This document shows, one piece after another, positions 18,746 through 28,263 of a stretch of DNA of 64,000 bases (its first letter is position 1; every line of letters starts with the position of its first letter). This stretch comes from Candidatus Alloenteromonas pullicola (GTDB lineage Bacteria > Bacillota_I > Bacilli_A > RFN20 > CAG-826). Location of the stretch: assembly GCA_018714785.1 (NCBI GenBank), contig DVMV01000010.1:6648-70647 (forward strand), written 5' to 3'. Under the pieces are notes generated by a model that ran no database searches, was not told where the DNA came from, and saw only the letters and a program-made list of their open reading frames with translations. Made by a program: the position numbers and the translations under genes.

Positions 18746-21547
18746 TTAGGCTTTTCTCTCGCTGACTTTCTTCTTGATGAAGAGGATCAGCACGACGATC
18801 TCGTGCACCACCAACGGGACGATGGACAGCAGGAACACCCAGAGGTAATCCAGCCAGTGATCGTGAAGCGGGTAGACGGAGAAAAACTTAATATTAATGT
18901 AAGGAATTTCAATAACCGCAATTTGCAAAAGAATTCCGCTGACAAACGCAATCCAGAGCATCGGATTCTTGTCGGCGAAGACCATGACGAAGCTCTTCTT
19001 GGTATTGGTCATGCCTAACATGTGGAACAATTCCGAGAAGGCCAATACGCAGAAAGCCATCGACTGGGCTTCCTCAACTATCTGTCCCATGCCGAGTTGC
19101 TCGGCCTGATCAAAGAACGAGAAAATGTCAATATTGTATCCAGAAGCGTTGAGCTCGGCGATCTCGTTGAGCGGAGCGATGATGAAAGCGGCAAGGGTTA
19201 TTAGTCCAATCACGATGCCGTATCCGAACGCGATTAAATAACCGCCGTGGCTGAACAGAGATTCCTTCGGGTCGCGCGGCTTGTCGTTCATGATGTCCTT
19301 CGGCTTCTTGTCGGCGCCAAGGGCGATGGCCGGCAGCGAGTCGGTGATTAGGTTGACCCAAAGCAGATGAATGGCAAGAAGTGGGCTCGGAAGTCCCATA
19401 AGGGCGGCAATGAACATGCAAACGATCTCGCCGATGTTCGAGCTTAGTAGGAACAGGACGGTCTTCTTGATGTTGGCATAGATGCCGCGCCCTTCCTCGA
19501 CCGCCTTCTCGATGGAGGCGAAGTTGTCGTCGGTGAGGACCATGTCGGCGGCGCCTTTAGCGACGTCGGTGCCGGTGATGCCCATGGCGATGCCGATGTC
19601 GGCGGCCTTAAGCGAGGGGGCGTCGTTGACGCCGTCGCCGGTCATGGCGGCGGTATTCCCGTTGGCCTTGATGGCCTTGACGATCGATACCTTGTTGGCA
19701 GGCGAGACGCGGGCGAAGACCCGGACGGTCTTGACCTTCTCGCGGAGCTCATCGTCGGAGCAGGCGTCGATCTGGTCCCCGGACATGCACTGCGACTCAT
19801 TCTCGGCGATGCCAAGCTCCTTGGCGATGGCCAAGGCGGTGTCCTTGTGGTCTCCGGTGATCATCACGGTGGTGATGCCGGCCTTCTTCAAGGTCTCGAC
19901 GGCGGGCTTGGCAGCCGGGCGCGGCGGATCGACCATGCCGACCAATCCGACGAAGATGAGCCCGTCTTCCTTTATCGGGTCATGTGTGCCGTCCTCGGGG
20001 AGACGGATGGTGAGCGAAAGCACGCGCAGGGCCTGCTGGGCCATGGCCTCGCTGGCCTTGCGGATGGCCTCGATGTCCTTTTCCTCCATCGGGCGGGCCT
20101 TATCAAGCGAGCCGTCTTCGGAATCGAGGATGAGGGTGGTCTTCTTGAGAACTTGGTCCAAAGCGCCCTTGGTGTATTGGATGTCCTGCTTATCCCCTTT
20201 GTGGAGGGTCGACATCATCTTCCTTACCGAATCAAAGGGCAGCTCGTTGATGCGCGGGGTCTCGGATTCTATCTTGCTCTTGGGCATGCCCAAGGCGGAG
20301 GCGAACTCGACCAAGGCGACCTCGGTCGGGTCCCCGTATACGCCGCCCTCGACCTTGGCATCGGAGCATAGCGACATGCCGCGGGCCAGAAGCGACAGTC
20401 CGGTCTTAGAGGCGTCGAATTCCTCCTTCTTGACCAATCCAATGGCCGGGGTATAGGCCTCGACGACGGTCATCTTGTTCTGAGTCAAGGTTCCGGTCTT
20501 ATCGGAGCAGATGTAGGAAACCGCGCCCAATGTCTCGACCGAGGCGGTGCGGCGGACGACGGTATTGACCTTCGCCATCTTCCTCATGCCGAGGGCCAAG
20601 ACGATGGTGACGACCGCGGTAAGGCCCTCCGGGATGGCGGCGACGGCCAAGGCCACTGAATCAAGCAATGCACCACTCCATTCACTAGCAATATCGGAAT
20701 TTATAACTGCCCAAAGGATCTTAACCAAAAGCATTGCAACAACAACGCCGATGCAGATGTAGCCGAGGAACTTCGACAGTCCCGCCAGCTTCTTCTGCAG
20801 CGGGGTCGGCTCCTCTTCCTCGTCGGTGAGCATCGAGGCGATGCGACCGATCTCGGTCTTCATGCCGGTGGCGATGGCGACGCCCTCGCCGCGGCCATAG
20901 ACGATCGGGGTCGACATGAAAACCTCATTGACCCGGTCGCCGATCCCGGACTTATCGGTCAAGACGATGGAAGCATCCTTCTCGGCCGGCACCGATTCGC
21001 CGGTAAGCGAGGATTCGTCAGCCTTCATGGAGAAGGATTTTATAAGGCGCAGGTCAGCCGGAACGGTCCGTCCTTCCTCAAGGATAACCAAATCGCCGAC
21101 CACGACGTCCTCAGCTGGAATCTCGATTATTTTCCCATCGCGCCTTACGGTGGCGGTCGGGGCCGACATCTTCTTCAAGGCCTCAAGCGCCTTCTCTGCC
21201 TTCATGGCCTGGATGGTGCCGATGGTGGCGTTTAGCACGACGACGGCGAAGATGATGATCGTGTCGGCGATGGCCTCGACGATCTTCTCCGCGGAGTAAT
21301 CGGCCTCTTGGACGACCTCGACTATGCCCAAAACCAAGGATATGACCGCGGCGATGGCCAGTATCAGGGTCATCGGGTCCTTTATCTGGTCGAAGAAAAT
21401 CTTCCACCAAGGATCCTTGGGCTTCTCATCTAGCTTGTTTTTCCCGTCGGCGGACAGCCGCTCGGCTGCCTTTACCGAAGAAAGGCCGACCTCGGGGTCG
21501 ACCGAAAGCTCCTCAAGCGTTTCTTTTGCACTGCGGTCTTCGAACAT
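18746..21547 (-). CDS. P-type (type II, Ca2+/Mn2+-like) cation-transporting ATPase
   Basis: 933 aa. Phosphorylation motif CSDKTGTLTQNKM, plus TGES, MITGDHKDTA and GDGVNDAPSLKAADIGIAMG, with ~10 TM segments. Confidence 0.9.
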   Translation of the reverse strand: MFEDRSAKETLEELSVDPEVGLSSVKAAERLSADGKNKLDEKPKDPWWKIFFDQIKDPMTLILAIAAVISLVLGIVEVVQEADYSAEKIVEAIADTIIIFAVVVLNATIGTIQAMKAEKALEALKKMSAPTATVRRDGKIIEIPAEDVVVGDLVILEEGRTVPADLRLIKSFSMKADESSLTGESVPAEKDASIVLTDKSGIGDRVNEVFMSTPIVYGRGEGVAIATGMKTEIGRIASMLTDEEEEPTPLQKKLAGLSKFLGYICIGVVVAMLLVKILWAVINSDIASEWSGALLDSVALAVAAIPEGLTAVVTIVLALGMRKMAKVNTVVRRTASVETLGAVSYICSDKTGTLTQNKMTVVEAYTPAIGLVKKEEFDASKTGLSLLARGMSLCSDAKVEGGVYGDPTEVALVEFASALGMPKSKIESETPRINELPFDSVRKMMSTLHKGDKQDIQYTKGALDQVLKKTTLILDSEDGSLDKARPMEEKDIEAIRKASEAMAQQALRVLSLTIRLPEDGTHDPIKEDGLIFVGLVGMVDPPRPAAKPAVETLKKAGITTVMITGDHKDTALAIAKELGIAENESQCMSGDQIDACSDDELREKVKTVRVFARVSPANKVSIVKAIKANGNTAAMTGDGVNDAPSLKAADIGIAMGITGTDVAKGAADMVLTDDNFASIEKAVEEGRGIYANIKKTVLFLLSSNIGEIVCMFIAALMGLPSPLLAIHLLWVNLITDSLPAIALGADKKPKDIMNDKPRDPKESLFSHGGYLIAFGYGIVIGLITLAAFIIAPLNEIAELNASGYNIDIFSFFDQAEQLGMGQIVEEAQSMAFCVLAFSELFHMLGMTNTKKSFVMVFADKNPMLWIAFVSGILLQIAVIEIPYINIKFFSVYPLHDHWLDYLWVFLLSIVPLVVHEIVVLILFIKKKVSERKA

Positions 21548-21564
21548 ATAGTCCTCTCCTCAAT

Positions 21565-21655
21565 AGAGTTAAGGTCTCGCGAGGCAACTACCCCCTTATC
21601 CCGGCCTACGGCGTGTTGACGAGATAAGGCGATGCGCTACTCCCCTTACAGCGGG
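21565..21655 (-). promoter_or_regulatory. yybP-ykoY (Mn2+) riboswitch-like 5' leader of the P-type ATPase
   Basis: Minus-strand RNA: GUAAGGGGAGUAGCGCAUCGCC...CUCGUCAACACGCCG...GCCUCGCGAGACCUUAAC. It carries the class hallmarks GGGGAGUAGC, GUCAACA and GAGACCUU with P1 pairing UAAGG/CCUUA. The SD GAGGAGAGGA follows immediately. Confidence 0.65.
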
Positions 21656-21693
21656 AAAAGATACCACAAAGGGCAGAATATATAAAGACATCT

Positions 21694-22344
21694 CTACACG
21701 CGGCGCAGGCGCTCAAGCGTGAATATGATGGCAACCGACATCACGACTTCCGAGATCGGGGAAAGCAATAGAAGCGTTACCGCCAGGCCGACCTGGGCCG
21801 GGGGATACGATGGTAGCAGGATCACGCTGAATATGGCGAAAGAGAAGCAGATGGCGATGAACAGCAACGCGGAATAGGCTATCGCCAAGGCCCTGACCTT
21901 CTTGAAGCTGGCCACCGGATTCACCATGTATTTGGTGATGTTGTAGTAGAGCATGAACCCCACCACCGCTTCCGAGAGCACGAAAAGCAGATAGAACACG
22001 GACAAAACGATGGATATCGGGTTATCGACGTTGAACATCAGCCCGAGCGTCGTCCCGCCGAAGAAGACCTCCATCAGCTGGTCGAAGGCCATGAAGAAGA
22101 CGAAAAGCAGGATTCCGCGGTAGGCGTAGTTATCGTTCCTTATGTTGCAGAAGAAGATGATGGCGTAGGCGATGAAGGTGAGGATGTAGTTCCAAACAAG
22201 CGAGAAATCGAAACCCCATCCCCCGGCCGACATGTCTATTATGAAGGATGCGATGAGCATCGCCACCGCTATCCCGCTCAGCCCGACGGCCAGTATCTTG
22301 TTCCGGCGGTGCTTGAGGTACATCTTCAGGTTCTGCAGGTTCAT
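21694..22344 (-). CDS. Hypothetical polytopic membrane protein
   Basis: 216 aa with about 6 hydrophobic helices and good coding-like composition. No family recognised. Confidence 0.6.
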   Translation of the reverse strand: MNLQNLKMYLKHRRNKILAVGLSGIAVAMLIASFIIDMSAGGWGFDFSLVWNYILTFIAYAIIFFCNIRNDNYAYRGILLFVFFMAFDQLMEVFFGGTTLGLMFNVDNPISIVLSVFYLLFVLSEAVVGFMLYYNITKYMVNPVASFKKVRALAIAYSALLFIAICFSFAIFSVILLPSYPPAQVGLAVTLLLLSPISEVVMSVAIIFTLERLRRV

Positions 22345-22374
22345 AGAGACTTATAATAGCTAGGCCAAACCGCA

Positions 22375-22809
22375 TTGGGCAAGAATATGGTCAACGCAAG
22401 CTTCGCATTCGGCAACATAGATGAGTCCGATCCCGTGCTCGATCCCCGATACAAGGGGAAGGGAATAAGCCGGAAAGACGGGTCGTTCTCGATGAGGCTG
22501 TTCCTAAACGGAACCGAGATCGCCTATGCCTTCGCCTATCCGCTTGACCCCGAGCATTACCTGATCGCGGCTTTAACCGTCGATAAGCGCCTCCGGGGAA
22601 GGAAGATCGGCACCTATGCCGTTAAGTTCCTCCAAACCCATATCCGGGAGCTTTCGGGCCGCTACCTATTGGCCTACTGCCCCCTGGGGATGGAGCGCTT
22701 CTTCCTCTCGCTTGGCTTCAAGGACATTAGCCTAGGCGAGGTGAGTTTCGACGAATTCGGCCAGCCGGCCATATTGATGCAGAAGCAATGCTTCAGGCGC
22801 AGGCCTTAA
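22375..22809 (+). CDS. GNAT-family N-acetyltransferase (probable)
   Basis: ~140 aa. The motif-A-like segment LTVDKRLRGRKIGTYAVKFL and the size fit GNAT. The start is either TTG 22375 or ATG 22387. Confidence 0.5.
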   Translation: MGKNMVNASFAFGNIDESDPVLDPRYKGKGISRKDGSFSMRLFLNGTEIAYAFAYPLDPEHYLIAALTVDKRLRGRKIGTYAVKFLQTHIRELSGRYLLAYCPLGMERFFLSLGFKDISLGEVSFDEFGQPAILMQKQCFRRRP

Positions 22810-23233
22810 TCAGCATCGCGCCCGATCCGGGCACGGAGCAAAGCCTCTTGCCATCCCGGAAGCAAAAGCAGCCGCCGTCGAGAAGGAAAACATCGCCATG
22901 AGGCGGCATCTGTTCTTTCCTAAGGCAAAGCCAAGTCGGGTTGGCGAAAGCGGCCACATCATTGAGGAAGAATGCATCTTCCGCGAAGTGCGTAGGGCTT
23001 TTGCGGGGCTTTAATATGGTTTTGCCGCGCAAATCGGCGATGAAGCATATCAGCCCGCCTTCGTCGCAGATGCGCTGCAGATGCGACGCGGATTCGGCTT
23101 TCACTAAGCCATCGACCCTTATCGCCAATACGGCGCAGCCCCACTTTATGCACGAGCGGGCCCTTTCGAACAGCAGCAGCGGAAGCAGCTCCCCGCAATC
23201 CTCTTCCCCTATTTGGCAGACGGCGATTTTCAT
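22793..23233 (-). CDS. Hypothetical Cys-rich protein
   Basis: 146-aa ORF with ATG at 23233. The N-terminus MKIAVCQ is vaguely C-N-hydrolase-like, but the protein is far too short. No confident family. Confidence 0.4.
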   Translation of the reverse strand: MKIAVCQIGEEDCGELLPLLLFERARSCIKWGCAVLAIRVDGLVKAESASHLQRICDEGGLICFIADLRGKTILKPRKSPTHFAEDAFFLNDVAAFANPTWLCLRKEQMPPHGDVFLLDGGCFCFRDGKRLCSVPGSGAMLIKACA

Positions 23234-23307
23234 GCGTCGAAGATTATCTCACAAAAGGTTTATTTTTAAAAAAATAAGCGTATGCTTCAGGCTTTGGGAG
23301 GAAACCC

Positions 23308-24708
23308 ATGAACATCTTGCCAAGCCTAATCGATTCCAGCCTTACCAACCAGCCATACATGCTGCTGCTGCCGCTGGGACTCATCCTGATCGTAGGAAAG
23401 CTCCTTTCCTTGGTGATGGCCAAGATTAAGGTTCCAGAAGTCGTCGGCTATCTGCTCGGCGGATTGCTGATCGGCCTGTTCTATTTCATACCCAAGGACA
23501 GCCAGTTCATCCTGACCGACTACTCGGTCGAGGGCATCAACGACCTGGCCAAGATCGGCGTCGTGCTTATCCTGTTCGAGGCGGGCATCGAGACCAACCT
23601 CTCCGAGATAAAGAAGCAAGGCAAGGCCGCTATAACCATCACCTGCTTTGGGGTCGTCTTCCCCTTGGCGTTGGGCTTCCTCTCCGCCTTCCTCTTCCGC
23701 ACCGTCGGCCATATGAACCCGGCCTTCTACGACTCGCTTGAGGCAGCCGGAACCTCGCCTTGGTATTCCGATATCTACTATGGCGTCATATTGACCGCCA
23801 CCAGCGTCTCAATCACCGTCGCCACCTTAAAGGAACTTGGCAAGCTCGACGGACCCGCCGGAACCGCCTTGGTGAGCGCCGCCATCATCGACGACGTCAT
23901 CGGCATCGTCCTGCTTTCCATCGTCATCTCGCTTTCCGGCGGCTCCGAGGCCAGCGCCCCCTGGGTCATCCCCACTGGGTCCGGCGCTTGGTCGGTCGTC
24001 TTCCTGATACTCATCATGGCCGCCTTCTTCGCCATCAGCATCGGCATGGGGATCGGCGTCCACAAACTGTTCAACTGGATGGGCAAGAAGTGGCCCCACC
24101 ACCGCCGCATCCCGATGTTCTCCCTCGGGTTCTGCTTCCTGTGGGCTTTCTTGGCTGAGGTGTTCCACATCGCCGACATCACCGGCGCCTACGTGGCTGG
24201 CCTGATCCTGGCCAACACCTCCGCCTCCGGGTACATCGACCACCGCATGGACACCACCGCGAACGTCTTGTTCACCCCGGTGTTCTTCGCCTCGGTCGCG
24301 CTGAAGATGTTCTCCTCGCTGGGGGTCGGCAGCGACACCGGCTCGGTATCCTCGATATCCGGCATGTTCATAGTCTTCGGCATCGTCTGGGTCATCGCCG
24401 GTCTGCTTGGCAAGATACTAGGGGCCGGATCGGGCGCGTTGCTGACCAAGTCCAAGGGCAAGGAAGCCCTCATCATCGGGGTCGGCATGATGGCCCGGGC
24501 CGAGGTGTTGATCGTCACCGCCCAGGAAGGCGTCGATTCCGGCTTGGTCGAGTCGGCCATAATCCCGTTCACCCTGGCCTTGATACTCGTCTCGAGCTTC
24601 CTCACCCCGATCTTGCTCCGCTACCTATACAAAAACGTCGGCAGCAAACTGCCGAAGGTCGAGGGGGCCGGGATCACCAATACCGAAGCTTCGGAATCGG
24701 GAAAGTAA
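23308..24708 (+). CDS. Cation:proton antiporter (CPA2/Kef-NapA-like)
   Basis: 466 aa with ~12 TM segments. The N-terminus LLLPLGLILIVGKLLSLVMAKIKVPEVVGYLLGGLLIG is typical of Na+/H+-exchanger-family proteins. GGGAGG SD lies 6 nt upstream. Confidence 0.85.
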   Translation: MNILPSLIDSSLTNQPYMLLLPLGLILIVGKLLSLVMAKIKVPEVVGYLLGGLLIGLFYFIPKDSQFILTDYSVEGINDLAKIGVVLILFEAGIETNLSEIKKQGKAAITITCFGVVFPLALGFLSAFLFRTVGHMNPAFYDSLEAAGTSPWYSDIYYGVILTATSVSITVATLKELGKLDGPAGTALVSAAIIDDVIGIVLLSIVISLSGGSEASAPWVIPTGSGAWSVVFLILIMAAFFAISIGMGIGVHKLFNWMGKKWPHHRRIPMFSLGFCFLWAFLAEVFHIADITGAYVAGLILANTSASGYIDHRMDTTANVLFTPVFFASVALKMFSSLGVGSDTGSVSSISGMFIVFGIVWVIAGLLGKILGAGSGALLTKSKGKEALIIGVGMMARAEVLIVTAQEGVDSGLVESAIIPFTLALILVSSFLTPILLRYLYKNVGSKLPKVEGAGITNTEASESGK

Positions 24709-25771
24709 GGCAATCTGACACCCCGCCGCTGCAAAGCAGGGTGTCTTTTTTGCTTTCGATGAGCCCATTTATCCCGCCGTATTCCTCGGCTATCCGCCGA
24801 CAGAGGGCATAGGTGAGATAGGCGTCGCCCTTGGCTTGGTGCAGATGCACCTCCATCGGCGAGATCGCGCCCAGCTCGACGCAGGCGTCCTCAAGGGAAA
24901 CCGAGCGGTCGGAGCGGAGCAATTCGTCGGCGATGGGCTGCAGGTCAAGGCAAAGGAACCTCATCTCCTCCAGCCCATAGCGGAGGCACGAGGAACACAG
25001 GAATTTGATGTCGTTGGCGGCGGCGAATCCGACCGGCAAGGTATTTTCGTCCTCAAGCAGGTCCTTGATCTTCTTGTGGAATGCGGGGAATGGCGGGTTG
25101 GAAAAATACGTCTTCTCGGCATAGGCCAGATGGATCCCGCCTAGATGGAACCCATCCTCGGGGTTGATTATCATCTCGCCTTGGTTGGGCAAAGACATAT
25201 CGAGGCCGCAGTCTACGTGGCCGAACTCGCAGATCTTGCAAACCCCGCCGAAGCAATTGGCGCACTCGATGTCGAAGAAAAGCAGTTTACTTATCTTGCG
25301 AGGATCGAACCCGGCGAGGGCCTGTTTCCTCAGGCGGCGATGCCGATCCAAGGCGGCGAAGCCATTGAGCAGCTTCGGGTATTCGAGGTAGCAATCCAGG
25401 TAGGCCTCCCCAAACACATCGTCTGGGGATAGGCCCTCGTAATCGGCCATCCTAGAGAGGAACCCCGCCGGAGTCACCGGCTTCTTCTCGCCGAACTGGG
25501 TGAAGGCCTCCTCGATCGGCAGCTCCTCCTCCACTCCATAGAAGGCGCGGAAAAAGCGGCTGAGGTCGAAGAAGCGCAAGGGCGCGGCGACCCCAGCCTG
25601 CCCAAGCAGCAGGAATATAGGAAGGCAGTCGTAGCCGACGCAAACCCGCCCCGCCGCCAGTTCCGGAAGCTTTTTGGGGTCTATGGCCGAAGCTTTGGAA
25701 TCCCCTTGTGATCCATCATTCAGGCAGAGCAGCTTCCCATCATCGGAAAGCCAGAGGAAGAGCGGGCCCAC
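24674..25771 (-). CDS. DEDDh (DnaQ-like) 3'-5' exonuclease domain protein with a ~190-aa N-terminal region of unknown function (operon gene E)
   Basis: Exo motifs FFDIECAN (DxE), AANDIKFL (D) and HQAKGDAY (H-x4-D). The start is uncertain. I chose GTG 25771 (TAGTG overlap with the upstream stop), because the tracked 441-aa version would overlap gene D by 229 nt. Confidence 0.6.
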   Translation of the reverse strand: MGPLFLWLSDDGKLLCLNDGSQGDSKASAIDPKKLPELAAGRVCVGYDCLPIFLLLGQAGVAAPLRFFDLSRFFRAFYGVEEELPIEEAFTQFGEKKPVTPAGFLSRMADYEGLSPDDVFGEAYLDCYLEYPKLLNGFAALDRHRRLRKQALAGFDPRKISKLLFFDIECANCFGGVCKICEFGHVDCGLDMSLPNQGEMIINPEDGFHLGGIHLAYAEKTYFSNPPFPAFHKKIKDLLEDENTLPVGFAAANDIKFLCSSCLRYGLEEMRFLCLDLQPIADELLRSDRSVSLEDACVELGAISPMEVHLHQAKGDAYLTYALCRRIAEEYGGINGLIESKKDTLLCSGGVSDCLTFPIPKLRYW

Positions 25772-27687
25772 TACCTTACCATCGCCCCGTCCATCATGAC
25801 GTAGACGAGCAAGGCCACGGCGACCGCCAAGCTGAGCACGAAAAGCCCCAGCAGGATGTAGCGCCAGACGCGATTCGATTCCTTGTAGACGGCGACGCTG
25901 CTCAAATAGGCGAAGGCGCCCAGCACAAGCAGCGGCAGCCGGAACAGCTCCGCCAGCGGATAGGTGGCGACGGGCAGCCCAAAGCAGACGCTGCTGCACA
26001 TAAGCATGGCGATGCCGGAGAGCCCCAGCGCCCTCCTAAACCACGCAGAACCCCGCTCATCGCGGCCGAAATACTGCAAACCGATGATCTGCAGCAGGAT
26101 TATCAATATGCCGAGCGGCACGATGTAGATCGCGGTCCCAAGCGACTTCTGCAGGTCATTGAGGTAGAAAAGCGCATAGGCCAAAGCGCAGGCAAAGGCC
26201 GGCAATCCGATTATGAAGAACCAATAGAAGACCGCCTTGAGCAGGTCGAAGCTCTTGGCCGTGGTCCGCTTCAGCTTCTTGCCAAGCGGCTGCTTGAGGG
26301 CGGAGGGGTTCTCCCCGGCGAAAACGCGCAGGTCGGCGACCCGGGTCTTGGTGACGATCTTGTGGGCCCTAGGCGAGCGGAGCAGATCCTCCTTAAGCGA
26401 GTTGAAGTCGGCCTTAAGGCGGGACGAAAGGTGGAAGTCTAGATAGACGAGGTTGGCGGCGGAGGCCTCGAGGTCGATCTTCCGCTGGCCGTCGCGCGTC
26501 TTGAGGATAAGCTGGAAAAGCAAGGCCTGCTTCTCCTCGTCTAGCCCTAGCCCCACCGCTTTGGCGAGGAAGTCGATCTTCTTCTGGAAGCTAAGCGGCT
26601 TGATCGCCTTCAAAGTCAGGTCGAATTTGGTCGAGTCGATCAAAGGGAGCGAGATGAAATGGGCCAGTAGGTCGAGCGCATCCTCATCCCCCTCGTCGGC
26701 CTTGTTGGCCAAGACGATGGCGGTGTCTTTGTAGGAGGAGCTGTCCTTGCGAAGGGCCATCTGGCAGAGGAAGGCGGTGCGGAAGCTCTTCTCGTCCTCG
26801 CATTCCCTATATGCCTCATGGGAGATCTCGTCGATCGAGACCCCGGCGCGGCACGAATACACCGCGACCGCTTTGTCGATGTTCGGCTCCTCGTCGAAAT
26901 ATAGGACCGATAGCTCGTTGAACTCGTTTTGGATGATCTTGGAGAATATCTCGATCTGGTCCTTGGCCTTCCCGTGCATCCCCGGGCAAAGCGAGCAAAG
27001 GTAATCGCGGCGCTCGATGGCCGCCCGGAGGGTGGTCTCATCGTGGATGCGGTTGGTCTCGTCCTCGCAATCGAGGATGGCCGCATTGAGTATCGATTCG
27101 TTGAGCAGGTCCTGCTTGCACGATTCGCTGTGGTCGGCGGTGGTAAGCGAATATACGAGGGAGAGCTGTCGCGCCGATTCCTCCCTGGAAAGAGGCGGCA
27201 GGCCCTCTTGCTTGTTCTTTCGCGCCTTAAGGAGGCAGAGCTTGGCTTTCTGGTAGGCGATATGCTCTATGGCCTCGTGCTTAATGCCGTTGAGCCGCTC
27301 ATCGTCGATGGCCTCGGCCCGATCGTCCATCGCGTTGAGGATGGCGAGGGCCTTGTCGAAATAGCCTTGCTCGGCCAGCCTTGACGCGCCCTGCATCTGC
27401 CGGCGGGTCAAAATGGCGAAATTGGCGATCTGCTTCTGCAGCTCGACGGCCTCGGCGTGGTCTTCCTTGGCTTTGGCTATCTTGGCTTTGCAGCAAAGCA
27501 GCTTCTCCCGGCTAAGGGCCATCTCGACGATGTCGGCGGAGGCTTTTGGGAGGCTTGGCGCATAGGCGCAGGATACCGATTCGATCTCGGTCAGTTCGTT
27601 GGTGAGGCTGACGTAGACGTCGGCCTTGTAGCGGACGCGTTCCTGCGAGCCGGCAAGCTGCTCGGCGATGGTCTTGTTCTCTTCCAT
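25771..27687 (-). CDS. Hypothetical 638-aa protein with a ~440-aa helical (TPR-like, Cys-containing) soluble N-terminal part and a C-terminal block of ~5-6 TM helices (operon gene D)
   Basis: ATG 27687 lies 1 nt after the stop of gene C. The N-terminal part is helix-rich (AEQGYFDKALAILNAMDD). The C-terminal ~170 aa are strongly hydrophobic (FYWFFIIGLPAFACALAYALFY..., LLGLFVLSLAVAVALLVYVMM). Confidence 0.65.
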   Translation of the reverse strand: MEENKTIAEQLAGSQERVRYKADVYVSLTNELTEIESVSCAYAPSLPKASADIVEMALSREKLLCCKAKIAKAKEDHAEAVELQKQIANFAILTRRQMQGASRLAEQGYFDKALAILNAMDDRAEAIDDERLNGIKHEAIEHIAYQKAKLCLLKARKNKQEGLPPLSREESARQLSLVYSLTTADHSESCKQDLLNESILNAAILDCEDETNRIHDETTLRAAIERRDYLCSLCPGMHGKAKDQIEIFSKIIQNEFNELSVLYFDEEPNIDKAVAVYSCRAGVSIDEISHEAYRECEDEKSFRTAFLCQMALRKDSSSYKDTAIVLANKADEGDEDALDLLAHFISLPLIDSTKFDLTLKAIKPLSFQKKIDFLAKAVGLGLDEEKQALLFQLILKTRDGQRKIDLEASAANLVYLDFHLSSRLKADFNSLKEDLLRSPRAHKIVTKTRVADLRVFAGENPSALKQPLGKKLKRTTAKSFDLLKAVFYWFFIIGLPAFACALAYALFYLNDLQKSLGTAIYIVPLGILIILLQIIGLQYFGRDERGSAWFRRALGLSGIAMLMCSSVCFGLPVATYPLAELFRLPLLVLGAFAYLSSVAVYKESNRVWRYILLGLFVLSLAVAVALLVYVMMDGAMVR

Positions 27688-27688
27688 C

Positions 27689-27991
27689 CTACTTGGCCTC
27701 CTTGTTCAGTTCGAAATAGGCCTGCAAATCCGAGACTGAATCGTTCAGCTCCCTGACAAGCGAGGTGAAGTCGGCCATGATGGCCACCTCGCGCTTGGTC
27801 AAGGAGTCGGCGGCCTGGTTGAGGCGCTCGACGTTTTCCTTGGCCTCGGCGTTGAGCCTGTCGAGCATGCTCTCTTTCTTCTTGCTGAGCTCCGCCCCCA
27901 AAGCGGCGTTTTCCTTCTCCAGCTCCGCTTCCTTGGCCAGGGAGGCGTCTAGCTCTTCCTGAAGAGGGTCCTTCTGCATTTCTTCGCTCAT
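27689..27991 (-). CDS. Small coiled-coil protein, 100 aa (operon gene C)
   Basis: ATG 27991 forms an ATGA overlap with the stop of gene B. The sequence is E/K/L-rich with heptad character (LDASLAKEAELEKENAALGAELSKKKESMLDRLNAEAKENVERLNQ). Confidence 0.55.
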   Translation of the reverse strand: MSEEMQKDPLQEELDASLAKEAELEKENAALGAELSKKKESMLDRLNAEAKENVERLNQAADSLTKREVAIMADFTSLVRELNDSVSDLQAYFELNKEAK

Positions 27992-28248
27992 AGCTTTATC
28001 CCCTCCTCGTCGAAGCATTTCTTTATGGCATCGGAGCAGCTCTGGATCGATTTGCCAAGCCGCTGCTTGGCGTCAGCCTCCAAATCGGAGATGGTCTTCT
28101 CGACGACCTCCTCCGCGGAGGCTATGGTCGCCTTCTGCGAATCGATGTACGACTTAAACCCCTCGTGCAGGGCGGAATCGGCAGAGGCATTTAGGAATTC
28201 CGCTTTCTTCCTCATCTTCTCGGCCAAGGCCTTGTAGTCTTCTTTCAT
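27988..28248 (-). CDS. Small helical protein, 86 aa (operon gene B)
   Basis: ATG 28248 is preceded by an AGGAGG SD within the 15-nt gap after gene A. Predicted all-helical (MKEDYKALAEKMRKKAEFLNASADSALHEGFKSYIDSQK...). Confidence 0.55.
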   Translation of the reverse strand: MKEDYKALAEKMRKKAEFLNASADSALHEGFKSYIDSQKATIASAEEVVEKTISDLEADAKQRLGKSIQSCSDAIKKCFDEEGIKL

Positions 28249-28263
28249 CCTCTTTCCTCCTGC

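Noticed and set aside
22793-23233. Truncated carbon-nitrogen hydrolase pseudogene
   Set aside because: Only the first seven residues (MKIAVCQ) resemble that family. There are no recognisable E-K-C catalytic triad segments, so the evidence is insufficient to call it a pseudogene. It is left as hypothetical.
25772-25999. Upstream 76-codon extension of the exonuclease ORF (tracked as 24674-25999, 441 aa)
   Set aside because: It would overlap the C-terminal TM-coding part of gene D by 229 nt in another frame, and it translates to R/A/G-rich sequence. The GTG at 25771 (overlapping the D stop) is a more parsimonious start, although an internal ATG (MADYEGL) cannot be excluded.
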